Below are positions 8,719 through 18,484 of a stretch of 64,000 bases of DNA, piece after piece. A program made the position numbers and the translations under genes. Numbering within the stretch: position 1 is the stretch's first letter; each line of letters begins with the position of its first letter. This DNA is from Deltaproteobacteria bacterium (GTDB lineage: Bacteria; Myxococcota; UBA727; VGSZ01), in contig JACOUT010000009.1 in the NCBI GenBank assembly GCA_016177705.1, positions 271,519 through 335,518 on the forward strand, read 5' to 3'. The notes under the pieces were generated by a model. That model saw only the letters and a program-made list of their open reading frames with translations, ran no database searches and was not told the origin of the DNA.

Positions 8719-10812
8719 ATGACCGAGAACAAGACCTCGATCAGCCTCACCATCAACCTCCCCGACGGCGCCACCAAGGTGCTCGAGTTCAACTCGGGCG
8801 ACCCGATCATGGTCGGCTCCGGCGCGTCGGCGCACGTCCGCTTGCAGGGTGACGACGTCAGCTCGTTGCACTGCATGATCAAGCCGAAGGACGGCAAGCT
8901 GTGCGTGCTCGACCTCGGCAGCGACGAGGGCACCGAGCTGAACGGCAAGGAGCTGACCGGCGAGACCGACGTCAGCGACGGCGACACCATCGCCATCGGC
9001 AAGAACAAGATCGCCATCCACTTCGGCGGCGACGTGCTGGCGCCGACGGTGCCGATCCGCCGCGCCACCGGGCACGAGCAGGCGACGCCGGAGACCACGC
9101 TCAAAGTGCCGACGCCCGCCGACACCACCGCCGAGCAGCCCTCGCCGGCGCCGGCGCCGATCTCGATGGCATCGACGCCCAAGGCGGCCAAAGAGCCGGC
9201 AAAGGAGCCAGCGAAGGAGCCAGCCAAGCAGCCGGCGAAGGAGGCCGCGCCGGCGAAGCCCGCGCCGTCGTCGCGCGACGCCGAGCGCACCGCGCCTGCC
9301 AAGGTGCAGCCCTCAAGCGCCCCGGCCAAGCAGAAGGTGTCGGGCGGCAACGGCGCGCCCGCGCGCAGCGTCACCTCGATGGCGCCGCGTGTGATGCAGC
9401 GCGAGGTGTCGACCTCGGGCTTCAAGCTCGGCAAGCCGACCCACTCCGCGCACCGCTCCATGAAGGAGACGCACGGCCACGCCGGTACGCTCAGCGCCGA
9501 GCTCGGCCCCGACGAGCGGCCGCAGGGCAAGGGCCACGTCGACGTCACGGGGCTGTGGGGTGGCACGGTCATCGGCGTCGCGCGCGTCTCCGGCGCCGGC
9601 GACGTCACCATCGGCCCGGCGCCCGGCAACAGCTTCCAGATCGCGCACACCTCGATCCCGTCGCCGTCGTACCGGCTGGTGGTGCTCGACCAGGCCGGCG
9701 TCACGGTCAACGTGGCGAACGGCATGGAGGCGACGCTCGACGGCAAGCCCGCGTCGGGCACCGTCAAGCTCGAGGTCGGCCAGCGCCTGACGGTGCGCGT
9801 CGGACCCATCGAGCTCGTGGTGCAGTACTCCAAGCGCTACACGCCGATCGACCTCGGTCTGTTCCAGGCGCTGGACTACTTCTACTCGAAGGTGCTGGCG
9901 CTCGCGCTCATCCTGCAGCTCGGCCTGGTGCTCGCGTTCTTCCTCACGCCCAACTTCCCCTCGCTCGACGACGACGACCTGTTCAAGAACCAGCAGGACT
10001 TCACCAAGCTGATCCTGCAGGTCGAGGAGAAGAAGAAGGAGAAGGAGCTGTCGGGCAAGAAGGCCGCGCAGCACAAGGACGAGGCCGGCGTGTTCGGCAA
10101 GAAGGACAAGCCGAAGGAAGACAAGCTCGCCTCCAAGAAGGGCGCGCCCACCGTCGACAAGGACAAGCGCGAAGAGGATCGCAAGATCGCGATGGACGCG
10201 CTCGCGCAGCTCGGCCTCAAGGGCCCCGAGGGCGCGGTGTCGAACGTCTTTGGTCCCGGCGGCCTCGGCTCGGGCATCAACAACCAGCTCGGCGGCCTGA
10301 AGGGCGCGTCCATGGGTGACGCCGGCGGCGCCGGCGGCCTCGGCTCGCGCGGCACGGGCGCCGGCGGCGGTGGCACGGGTCTCGGCATCGGCGGCCTCGG
10401 CTCCGGCACTGGCCGTGGCTCGGGCGGCAGCGGCGCCATCGACCTCGGTGGCCGCGGCAAGGGCATGACGCGCATCGTGCCCGGCAAGATCATCTACGAG
10501 GGCGGTCTGTCGCGCGAGGAGATCCAGCGCGTCATCAACCGCGTGATGTCGCAGATCAAGTACTGCTACGAGAAAGAGCTGAACAAGGACCCGAACCTCG
10601 AGGGCAAGCTGGTGATGAGCTGGGTGATCACCGGCGCCGGCGACGTCAGCTCGGGCCAGGCGGCGGAGAACACCTTCGGCGGCGGCTCGGCCAAGCCGAT
10701 CGAGGGCTGCGTGCTGCGCATCATCCAGCGCCTCAAGTTCCCGAACCCGAAGGGCGGCGGCCAGGTGTTCGTCACCTATCCGTTCGTGTTCAGCTCCTCG
10801 GGCGGCGGCTAA
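8719..10812 (+). CDS. gltG: FHA-domain / TonB-C-like inner-membrane protein, PglI/GltG (NfsG)-like
   Basis: ATG 8719. Divergent N-terminal FHA domain (IMVGSGASAHVRLQGDDVSSLHCMI...LDLGSDEGTELNGKEL). Pro/Ala/Lys linker with KEPAK-type repeats (about 9187-9240). One TM helix (VLALALILQLGLVLAFFL), then Lys/Glu-rich and Gly-rich segments. C-terminal AgmX/PglI-type TonB-C-like domain (LSREEIQRVINRVMSQIKYCYEKEL...GGGQVFVTYPFVF). Confidence 0.75.
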   Translation: MTENKTSISLTINLPDGATKVLEFNSGDPIMVGSGASAHVRLQGDDVSSLHCMIKPKDGKLCVLDLGSDEGTELNGKELTGETDVSDGDTIAIGKNKIAIHFGGDVLAPTVPIRRATGHEQATPETTLKVPTPADTTAEQPSPAPAPISMASTPKAAKEPAKEPAKEPAKQPAKEAAPAKPAPSSRDAERTAPAKVQPSSAPAKQKVSGGNGAPARSVTSMAPRVMQREVSTSGFKLGKPTHSAHRSMKETHGHAGTLSAELGPDERPQGKGHVDVTGLWGGTVIGVARVSGAGDVTIGPAPGNSFQIAHTSIPSPSYRLVVLDQAGVTVNVANGMEATLDGKPASGTVKLEVGQRLTVRVGPIELVVQYSKRYTPIDLGLFQALDYFYSKVLALALILQLGLVLAFFLTPNFPSLDDDDLFKNQQDFTKLILQVEEKKKEKELSGKKAAQHKDEAGVFGKKDKPKEDKLASKKGAPTVDKDKREEDRKIAMDALAQLGLKGPEGAVSNVFGPGGLGSGINNQLGGLKGASMGDAGGAGGLGSRGTGAGGGGTGLGIGGLGSGTGRGSGGSGAIDLGGRGKGMTRIVPGKIIYEGGLSREEIQRVINRVMSQIKYCYEKELNKDPNLEGKLVMSWVITGAGDVSSGQAAENTFGGGSAKPIEGCVLRIIQRLKFPNPKGGGQVFVTYPFVFSSSGGG

Positions 10813-10837
10813 TCCGCACCTCGCTCTCATGACCCGC

Positions 10838-10867
10838 AACAGCGCCCCTCCTCGGAGGGGCGCTGTT
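10838..10867 (+). terminator. Strong stem-loop (13-bp perfect stem aacagcgcccctc/gaggggcgctgtt, 4-nt loop) followed by cATTTGT; likely intrinsic terminator or attenuator inside the cluster
   Basis: Perfect inverted repeat starting 26 nt after the GltG-like stop, with a partly T-rich tail. It is the strongest hairpin I found in the window. Confidence 0.55.
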
Positions 10868-10927
10868 CATTTGTGCGCGCACTCCTCGCCGCCGGAACCC
10901 GGCCCCGCTCGTGCGTGTCACAACGAC

Positions 10928-12127
10928 ATGCACACCACCGAATCCTCCGTCGACGTCGTTGTCAGCTGGGCGGGCACGACGCTCGCGGTCGAGCGCCTCG
11001 CGCCCGGCGAGGTCTTCACCGTGGGCCCGCGCGGCACCTTCTGCTGCGACCACCCCGCCGTGCCCGAGCCCGCCTTCACGCTGGTGGCCCACGGCCCCTC
11101 GGGCGCTCGCCTCGCGCGCGCGCCGGGTATGCAGCTCATGGTCGACGGGCGCGCCGCCGACGCCGCAGGGGTCGACCTGGCGCCCGGGCCGGGCAGCGCG
11201 CGCGTGCTGCTCGGCCCGCTCACGTTCGACGTGCGCTTCGATCGCGCGTCGGCGCCGGCCAACTCGCGCACGCGGCGCGACGCGCGCTTCCTCGCGGCCT
11301 CGGGCGTCGCGCTCGCGCTCCAGGCCGGCCTGGTCGCCGCCTTCTTGGTCGCGCGCGCGCCGCTGCCGGCCGAGCTGCCGCTGCCGACCTCGGCCACCGC
11401 GCGAGCGCACTTCGTCGTGCCGTCGAGACCGACGGTGGCGTCGTCCGACCGGCCGACCCTCGCCGCCAGCAGGACGCCCGCGTTGGCCGTGCCGCACCCC
11501 AGGACGCACGCAAGCCCGCGGCCGCGCGCCACTGCCGCCGAGCTCGCCCGCGGCGCGCTCGCGGCGCTCGGTCTGGGCGCCCCGTCCGCACCGGCCCTGC
11601 CGGGCCTCGGCGGCGGCCTGCAAGGCCTCCAGGCGGCCAAGGGCGCCGGCATGGGTGCCGAGGGGCTCGGCACCCGGGACATCGGCTCGGGCGGTGCTCC
11701 GGGCAGCACCGTCGACTTGGGGGGCTACCGCGTGCGGCCGGGCGGCCCGCCCGACGGCGCGCCGTGGGGCCTGGTGGCCGGCGAGAAGCGGCCTTCCGTG
11801 CGCATCGTGGTCGACAGCGATCCCATCGGCGACGGCCTCTCCCGCGACGAGATCCAGCGCGTCATCAGCCGAGCGCTGCCGCGCATCCGCTACTGCTACG
11901 AGCGCGAGCTGGGCGCCGCGCCCGACCTCGAGGGCAAGGTGACCTCGTCCTTCGTCATCGGTCGCGACGGCACGGTGGCGACCGCGTCGTCCGCCCACAC
12001 CATGGCCGTCCCCGCGGTCGCCGGCTGCGTCGACGGCGTGGTGCGCTCGCTCGCTTTCCCCGCGCCACAGGGGGGCGGCCAGGTCGTCGTCACCTACCCG
12101 TTCGTCTTCACGTTGGCTGGCGGCTGA
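10928..12127 (+). CDS. FHA-less paralog of the GltG-like protein (TM + AgmX/PglI-type TonB-C-like domain)
   Basis: ATG 10928; the track start at 10829 would place the terminator hairpin inside the ORF. SVDVVVSWAGTTLAVERLAPGEVFTVGPRG... aligns with the post-linker region of the previous protein (HVDVTGLWGGTVIGVARVSGAGDVTIGPAPG...). TM helix LAASGVALALQAGLVAAFLV. C-terminus LSRDEIQRVISRALPRIRYCYEREL...GGGQVVVTYPFVF. Confidence 0.65.
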   Translation: MHTTESSVDVVVSWAGTTLAVERLAPGEVFTVGPRGTFCCDHPAVPEPAFTLVAHGPSGARLARAPGMQLMVDGRAADAAGVDLAPGPGSARVLLGPLTFDVRFDRASAPANSRTRRDARFLAASGVALALQAGLVAAFLVARAPLPAELPLPTSATARAHFVVPSRPTVASSDRPTLAASRTPALAVPHPRTHASPRPRATAAELARGALAALGLGAPSAPALPGLGGGLQGLQAAKGAGMGAEGLGTRDIGSGGAPGSTVDLGGYRVRPGGPPDGAPWGLVAGEKRPSVRIVVDSDPIGDGLSRDEIQRVISRALPRIRYCYERELGAAPDLEGKVTSSFVIGRDGTVATASSAHTMAVPAVAGCVDGVVRSLAFPAPQGGGQVVVTYPFVFTLAGG

Positions 12128-12181
12128 TCCGCGCTGGGGACGACTTTCCGCCGAGGGAGGTTCCTGCTACTAGCCGCCCCC

Positions 12182-12976
12182 ATGCGCGCCGCACCCTCTG
12201 CCGCCCTTCTTGCCCTCGCGACCCTGCTCGGGGCCAGCTCCGCGTCCGCCAACCTCGGGCCGTTGCCGCACCTGCAGCTCACGCCGCCGGCGCTGCTGCT
12301 CGCCGCCGACGACGAGGAGAAGCCGGCCGACAGCGACGAGCCCAAGGAGGAGGCGACGGCGCTCCCTGACAAGGAGGTCAAGGTCGGCGGCGCAGTGGTC
12401 GGCGAGTCGATGGGCGGCGCCATCGGCTTCGTCTTCAAACAGGGCTTCTATACGCAGAGCGACCTCGGCGGCTTCTTTCGCCTGGGCGGCTTCACGCCGA
12501 GCCAGGAGTGCGACCCGGGCGTCAACTGCAAGCCCGTGCTGACGAGCCAAGCGCAGCCCTACATCGGCCTCTCCATCGGCTACGACCTGATGCAGTGGCT
12601 CGGCATCCAGCTCTCGTTCGGCACCGGCTTCGTCGCCAACGCGGCGCCGTACGATGAAGCGCCCAACTCGCCGCGCGACTACGGCGTCACCACGCTCGAC
12701 CTCGGCCTGGTGGCCTCCTACTACTTCCTGGACCGCCTGGCGGTGGCGCTCAAGCTGATGGGCGGCGGCACCTTCTTGACGCCCGAGCCCGACCTCAACG
12801 AGCCCTGGTACGGCGGCAACGCGCTGGTCGGCCTCGGCATCCGCTACGCGACGCTGCTGCCCGACACCTTCGTCGGCCTCGACGTCAACTTCCACGGCGC
12901 CTTCGCGCCGGCGTCGCAGGGCCTGCTGTTCATCCCCGCGTTCTCGATCGCGCCTGTCATCAAGTACGTCTTCTGA
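12182..12976 (+). CDS. Outer-membrane beta-barrel protein at the GltH/NfsH position
   Basis: ATG 12182 with GAGGGAGG upstream. Signal peptide MRAAPSAALLALATLLGASSASA, acidic linker, alternating-hydrophobic beta strands and the terminal motif VIKYVF. Confidence 0.6.
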   Translation: MRAAPSAALLALATLLGASSASANLGPLPHLQLTPPALLLAADDEEKPADSDEPKEEATALPDKEVKVGGAVVGESMGGAIGFVFKQGFYTQSDLGGFFRLGGFTPSQECDPGVNCKPVLTSQAQPYIGLSIGYDLMQWLGIQLSFGTGFVANAAPYDEAPNSPRDYGVTTLDLGLVASYYFLDRLAVALKLMGGGTFLTPEPDLNEPWYGGNALVGLGIRYATLLPDTFVGLDVNFHGAFAPASQGLLFIPAFSIAPVIKYVF

Positions 12977-13000
12977 TCCCCGTCGATTGAGCGGGGGCGA

Positions 13001-13483
13001 GTGAGCGGAGGCGCCGTGAACCGGTGCAGCTACCGGGTCATCTACGGGGACACCGATCAGATGGGGGTCGTGTACTACGCGAACTACCTCGCGTTCTTCG
13101 AGCGCGGCCGCTGTGAGTACATGCGCGAGCGCGCCTTCGACTATGGCGCCTTCGAGAAGCAGGGCTTCGTGCTGCCGGTGACCGAGGCGTCGGTGAAGTA
13201 CCGGCAGCCCGCGCGCTTCGACGACCTGCTGATCATCGAGACCGTCATGACCGCCGCCTCGCGCATCACCGCGACCTTCGGCTACCGCGTGTCGCGCGAG
13301 GCCGACGGCACGCTGCTCGTCGAGGGCAGCACCACGCACGCGTGCCTGACGCGCGAGGGCCGCCCGGTGCGCTGGCCCGCGCCCATCAAGGCGCTGATGC
13401 CAAGCGAGCTGTTCGCCGACGCCGGCCTCGACCGAGAGCCTGCCAAGACCGCTACATCCGCCAGCCAAGGAGAGAGCCCATGA
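13001..13483 (+). CDS. Acyl-CoA thioesterase, YbgC/4HBT (hot-dog fold) family
   Basis: YRVIYGDTDQMGVVYYANYLAFFERGRCEYMRE... is the characteristic YbgC/4HBT N-terminal motif with catalytic Asp. GTG start at 13001. Confidence 0.75.
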   Translation: MSGGAVNRCSYRVIYGDTDQMGVVYYANYLAFFERGRCEYMRERAFDYGAFEKQGFVLPVTEASVKYRQPARFDDLLIIETVMTAASRITATFGYRVSREADGTLLVEGSTTHACLTREGRPVRWPAPIKALMPSELFADAGLDREPAKTATSASQGESP

Positions 13484-14487
13484 CCGCCTCCACCGCACCG
13501 ACGACCAACTCACGCGGCATGCTCGACCGCAACCTCGCGCTCGAGGTGGTGCGCGTCACCGAGGCGGCCGCGCTCGCATGCGCTCGCCTGATGGGCAGAG
13601 GCGATCGCAACGCCGCTGACGAGGCCGCGGTGCAGGCCATGCGGCGCGCCTTCGACGGCCTGCAGATCCGCGGCGTCGTCGTCATCGGCGAGGGCGAGCG
13701 CGACGAGGCGCCCATGCTCTACATCGGCGAGAAGGTGGGCGGCGGCGCCGATCATGACCCGGCCGTCGACATCGCCGTCGATCCACTCGAGGGCACCAAC
13801 CTGTGCGCGCTCGGGCTGCCGAACGCGCTCGCCGTGGTGGCGCTCGCCGAGCAGGGCAACCTGCTGCATGCGCCCGACTGCTACATGGACAAGATCGCGG
13901 TGGGCCCGGCCGCCAAGGGCGTCGCCGACCTCGACAAGAGCCCGACCGCCAACCTGAAGGCGATCGCCGACGCCAAGGGCTGCTACGTCGAGGATCTTAC
14001 GGCGGTCATCCTCGACCGCGAGCGCCATCAGAAGCTGATCACCGAGGTGCGCAAGGCAGGCGCGCGCATCAAGCTCATCTCCGACGGCGATGTCTCGGCC
14101 GCCATCTCCTGCACGCTCGAGGGCACCGGCATCGACGTGCTGTTCGGCTCGGGCGGCGCCCCCGAGGGTGTGTTGGCGGCGGCCGCGCTGCGCTGCACCG
14201 GCGGCGACTTCCACGGCCGGCTCATCTACCGAAACGATGGCGAGCGCGAGCGCGCGCTCGCCATGGGCGTCAAGGAGCTCGACCGCAAGTGGGGCCTGAC
14301 CGACCTGGCGAGGGGCGACGTCATGTTCGCCGCCACCGGCGTCACCTCGGGCGACATGCTCAAGGGCGTGCGCTTCTTCAAGGGCGGCGCGCACACCCAC
14401 TCGCTGGTGATGCGCTCCAAGTCGGGCACGATCCGCTTCATCGAGGGCGAGCACCACTTCGACCGCAAGCCGAGCTACGCCCCCTGA
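13480..14487 (+). CDS. glpX: Class II fructose-1,6-bisphosphatase
   Basis: ATG 13480 overlaps the thioesterase stop (ATGA), with AAGGAGAG upstream. LALEVVRVTEAAALACARLMGRGDRNAADEAAVQAMR...DPLEGTN...GGAPEGVLAAAALRC... is typical GlpX. Confidence 0.85.
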   Translation: MTASTAPTTNSRGMLDRNLALEVVRVTEAAALACARLMGRGDRNAADEAAVQAMRRAFDGLQIRGVVVIGEGERDEAPMLYIGEKVGGGADHDPAVDIAVDPLEGTNLCALGLPNALAVVALAEQGNLLHAPDCYMDKIAVGPAAKGVADLDKSPTANLKAIADAKGCYVEDLTAVILDRERHQKLITEVRKAGARIKLISDGDVSAAISCTLEGTGIDVLFGSGGAPEGVLAAAALRCTGGDFHGRLIYRNDGERERALAMGVKELDRKWGLTDLARGDVMFAATGVTSGDMLKGVRFFKGGAHTHSLVMRSKSGTIRFIEGEHHFDRKPSYAP

Positions 14488-14523
14488 GCGCAACGCAGGG
14501 CAGGGATCCGCATCTGAGCTGCG

Positions 14524-14544
14524 CCGGGCGTGGGGGCCGCCCGG
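14524..14544 (+). terminator. Stem-loop ccgggcg-(7 nt)-cgcccgg downstream of glpX
   Basis: 7-bp GC stem 37 nt after the glpX stop. No T-tract, which is not unusual in GC-rich genomes. Confidence 0.3.
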
Positions 14545-14607
14545 TGTAGGTCCGTCGGCTGACGTATCCGACATTGTGATCGGCGCCGCGCGGATCCGTC
14601 CAGGCAG

Positions 14608-14636
14608 TTGCCGCGTCGACCGTCCCCTCGGATAAT
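14608..14636 (+). promoter_or_regulatory. Sigma-70-like promoter candidate TTGCCG-N17-GATAAT
   Basis: GATAAT (14631-14636) is an unusually AT-rich hexamer for this DNA. A TTGCCG lies exactly 17 nt upstream. The ATG of the small ORF is 13 nt downstream, implying a leaderless or very short-leader mRNA. Confidence 0.35.
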
Positions 14637-14648
14637 GGTTCTAGGCGC

Positions 14649-14873
14649 ATGTCGCGCCTTGAAAGGGACCAGGCCGTGAGCCTCGACCCGTGGGTGATCG
14701 AGCAGCTTGAGGAGGAGGCGCGCCGCCGAGAGGAAGAGGCGTCGCGCTCCCACCGCATCGAGCTGCCGCAGACCCGTCCCGCCGCCGAGCAAAGCGAGGG
14801 AGACCCGGAGGCCGCCCAGCGCGTGGCCGTCGTGGATCTTTCGCCCACCGGTGGCGCCGCCTTCGACTTGTAG
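14649..14873 (+). CDS. Hypothetical small acidic protein (74 aa)
   Basis: ORF with mostly G/C-ending codons: MSRLERDQAVSLDPWVIEQLEEEARRREEEASRSHRIELPQ... No recognisable domain. The candidate promoter lies immediately upstream. Confidence 0.4.
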   Translation: MSRLERDQAVSLDPWVIEQLEEEARRREEEASRSHRIELPQTRPAAEQSEGDPEAAQRVAVVDLSPTGGAAFDL

Positions 14874-14896
14874 GCGGGATCGGTGCTGCGTCCGCG

Positions 14897-14967
14897 CGCG
14901 ATCCGATGATCGCGAGCGGCACTGTCGCCCCAAAAAACCCTGTGCCCGCCGGCCTGCGTGCGCCGGC
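14897..14967. terminator. Two stem-loops between convergent genes (cgcgatc-cgat-gatcgcg at 14897-14914; gccggc-8 nt-gccggc at 14948-14967)
   Basis: Perfect inverted repeats read from the sequence. The CCCCAAAAAACCC tract lies between them. Confidence 0.3.
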
Positions 14968-16451
14968 TATTGCGCGGTGATGTTCAGATTGAAGGCGCCG
15001 TAGCTCGAGTAGCTGTCGACGATGATGACGTAGTCGTGCCCGGAGACGACGCTGAGCGTGAGCAGGGAGTCGTTGGCGCCCGCGCCCTCGTCGTCGCAGC
15101 CGAGCGAGGTGCCCGCACAGCCGCCGTCGAGGATGGTCAGGACGGTGTCGAGCGTCGACCCGGTGGTGTCGAAGCGATAGCTGCCGGTCGTCGGTGCGCG
15201 CCAGCGGTAGATGACATCTGGCCCGGTCCCCGTGCAGCTCGTGCGGTCGTCGGTCTGCCCTGACGTGGTGCCGGTGGTCGTGCCGGTGGCGCTGCCGAGG
15301 TCCTGGTTGGTGCAGGTGAAGTCGCCGGTGGGCGGCGGCGGATCAGTGGGGCCGCAGTGCACCACGCGGTTGACGTCACAGGTGTCGTCATAGGTGAAGA
15401 CGCAGTCGAGGAACAACGACGCGCCCGTACAGTCGACCTGGTACCCGTAGCCCGAATAGCTCGGCAGGCTCGAGAGCCCGCCGCTCGTGTAGCCCGCGGC
15501 GCGACAGAACAGGTCGGCCTCCGACGCCGTGAAGCCGCACAAGGTGGACGAGTAGCCGTCGATGTACATGGTGGCCAGGCCGTCGTTCGGCGTCTCGGCC
15601 GAGAGCGACTGGAGCGCGACGTCGCTCGCCGTATGGCACTGGCTCTCGACGCAGGCGGTGCCGGCGCCGCAGTCGCCCGCGCCGCAGGTGCACACCGGGT
15701 AGTCCGAGTCGATGAGGGCGCAGGTGCCGCCACAGGTGGTGCCGCAGCCGCCGCAGTCGGTGTTGGTTGCGAGGTCGCGGCAGACGCCGCTGCAGATGCC
15801 GAACTGGTTGGTGTCGGGGTAGCCGTCCGAGGAGGTGCAGGTGCCGTCGCCGCAGCGAGCGGCGCCGCAGGAGCCGTTGCACGCCGGGTCGCCGCCGCAG
15901 GTCAACGTGACCGACACGCTCTGCGCCGCCTCGTGCCCGGCGACGTCGAAGAAGCGCGCCTGCAGGCGCCTGGTGCCGCTCGAGGTGAAGTCGATGGCGT
16001 CGACCGCGTTGAGCGCGGTCCAGGAGAGGGTGAGCTGGTAGCTGCCCTCGGAGGCGGAGGTCTGGAAGGCGCCGTAGCTCGCCTCGCTGTCGGGGTCGAC
16101 CAGGCTGCCGCCGATGATGTCGTCCACGCCGTCGTCGTCGGTCAAGACCGCGGTGATCACCAGCGAGTCGTAGGGGCCCATCGAGGTGATGTTGGTCGAG
16201 AGCTGCAAGAAGCGCGGGCCCTGGGGGTCGGGCGGCGGGTCGCCCTCGCCCTCGCCCTCCCCTTCGCCCTCACCCTCGCCGCCATCGTCGAGGGGCACGC
16301 ACTCGCCGCGATCGCACTCCTCGTCGTCGTCACAGTCGTTGTCGAACCGGCACTCCCGGTCGTCGGGGGGGCCGAACAGATCGAGGCCGAGGAAGGGGCA
16401 GCCGGCGGTGGTCGCGGCGGCGAGCGACGCGACGGCGAGGCGAAGGTGCAT
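14967..16451 (-). CDS. Cys-rich secreted lipoprotein with a (Gly-Glu)6 spacer, an SRCR-like segment and a C-terminal PPC-like beta domain
   Basis: Lipobox MHLRLAVASLAAATTAGC; GGEGEGEGEGEGEGD; more than 40 Cys. The segment STLCGFTASEADLFCRAAGYTSGG...YQVDCTGASLFLDCVFTYDDTCDVNRVVHC resembles SRCR spacing. The C-terminus DVIYRWRAPTTGSYRFDTTGS...DTVLTILDG...LTLSVVSGHDYVIIVDSYSSYGAFNLNI resembles pre-peptidase C-terminal domains. Confidence 0.6.
   Translation of the reverse strand: MHLRLAVASLAAATTAGCPFLGLDLFGPPDDRECRFDNDCDDDEECDRGECVPLDDGGEGEGEGEGEGEGDPPPDPQGPRFLQLSTNITSMGPYDSLVITAVLTDDDGVDDIIGGSLVDPDSEASYGAFQTSASEGSYQLTLSWTALNAVDAIDFTSSGTRRLQARFFDVAGHEAAQSVSVTLTCGGDPACNGSCGAARCGDGTCTSSDGYPDTNQFGICSGVCRDLATNTDCGGCGTTCGGTCALIDSDYPVCTCGAGDCGAGTACVESQCHTASDVALQSLSAETPNDGLATMYIDGYSSTLCGFTASEADLFCRAAGYTSGGLSSLPSYSGYGYQVDCTGASLFLDCVFTYDDTCDVNRVVHCGPTDPPPPTGDFTCTNQDLGSATGTTTGTTSGQTDDRTSCTGTGPDVIYRWRAPTTGSYRFDTTGSTLDTVLTILDGGCAGTSLGCDDEGAGANDSLLTLSVVSGHDYVIIVDSYSSYGAFNLNITAQ
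16242..16280 (-). repeat. Imperfect (GCCCTC)n hexamer repeat encoding (Gly-Glu)6
   Basis: gccctcgccctcgccctccccttcgccctcaccctcgcc on the + strand, in frame within the 14967-16451 gene. Confidence 0.85.
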
Positions 16452-16573
16452 GGAGCCTCCGAGAAGACCGCGTCTTGTACGGCGCTCGATCGGGCAGGGC
16501 AGTGACCGGGCCCCGGCTGGTGACGTCGAACACAGGTGTTGCGCACCGTCGAGCGGCCCGGCATGGCCACGCC

Positions 16574-18475
<1,902 letters not shown>

Positions 18476-18484
18476 GCCCGCGCG

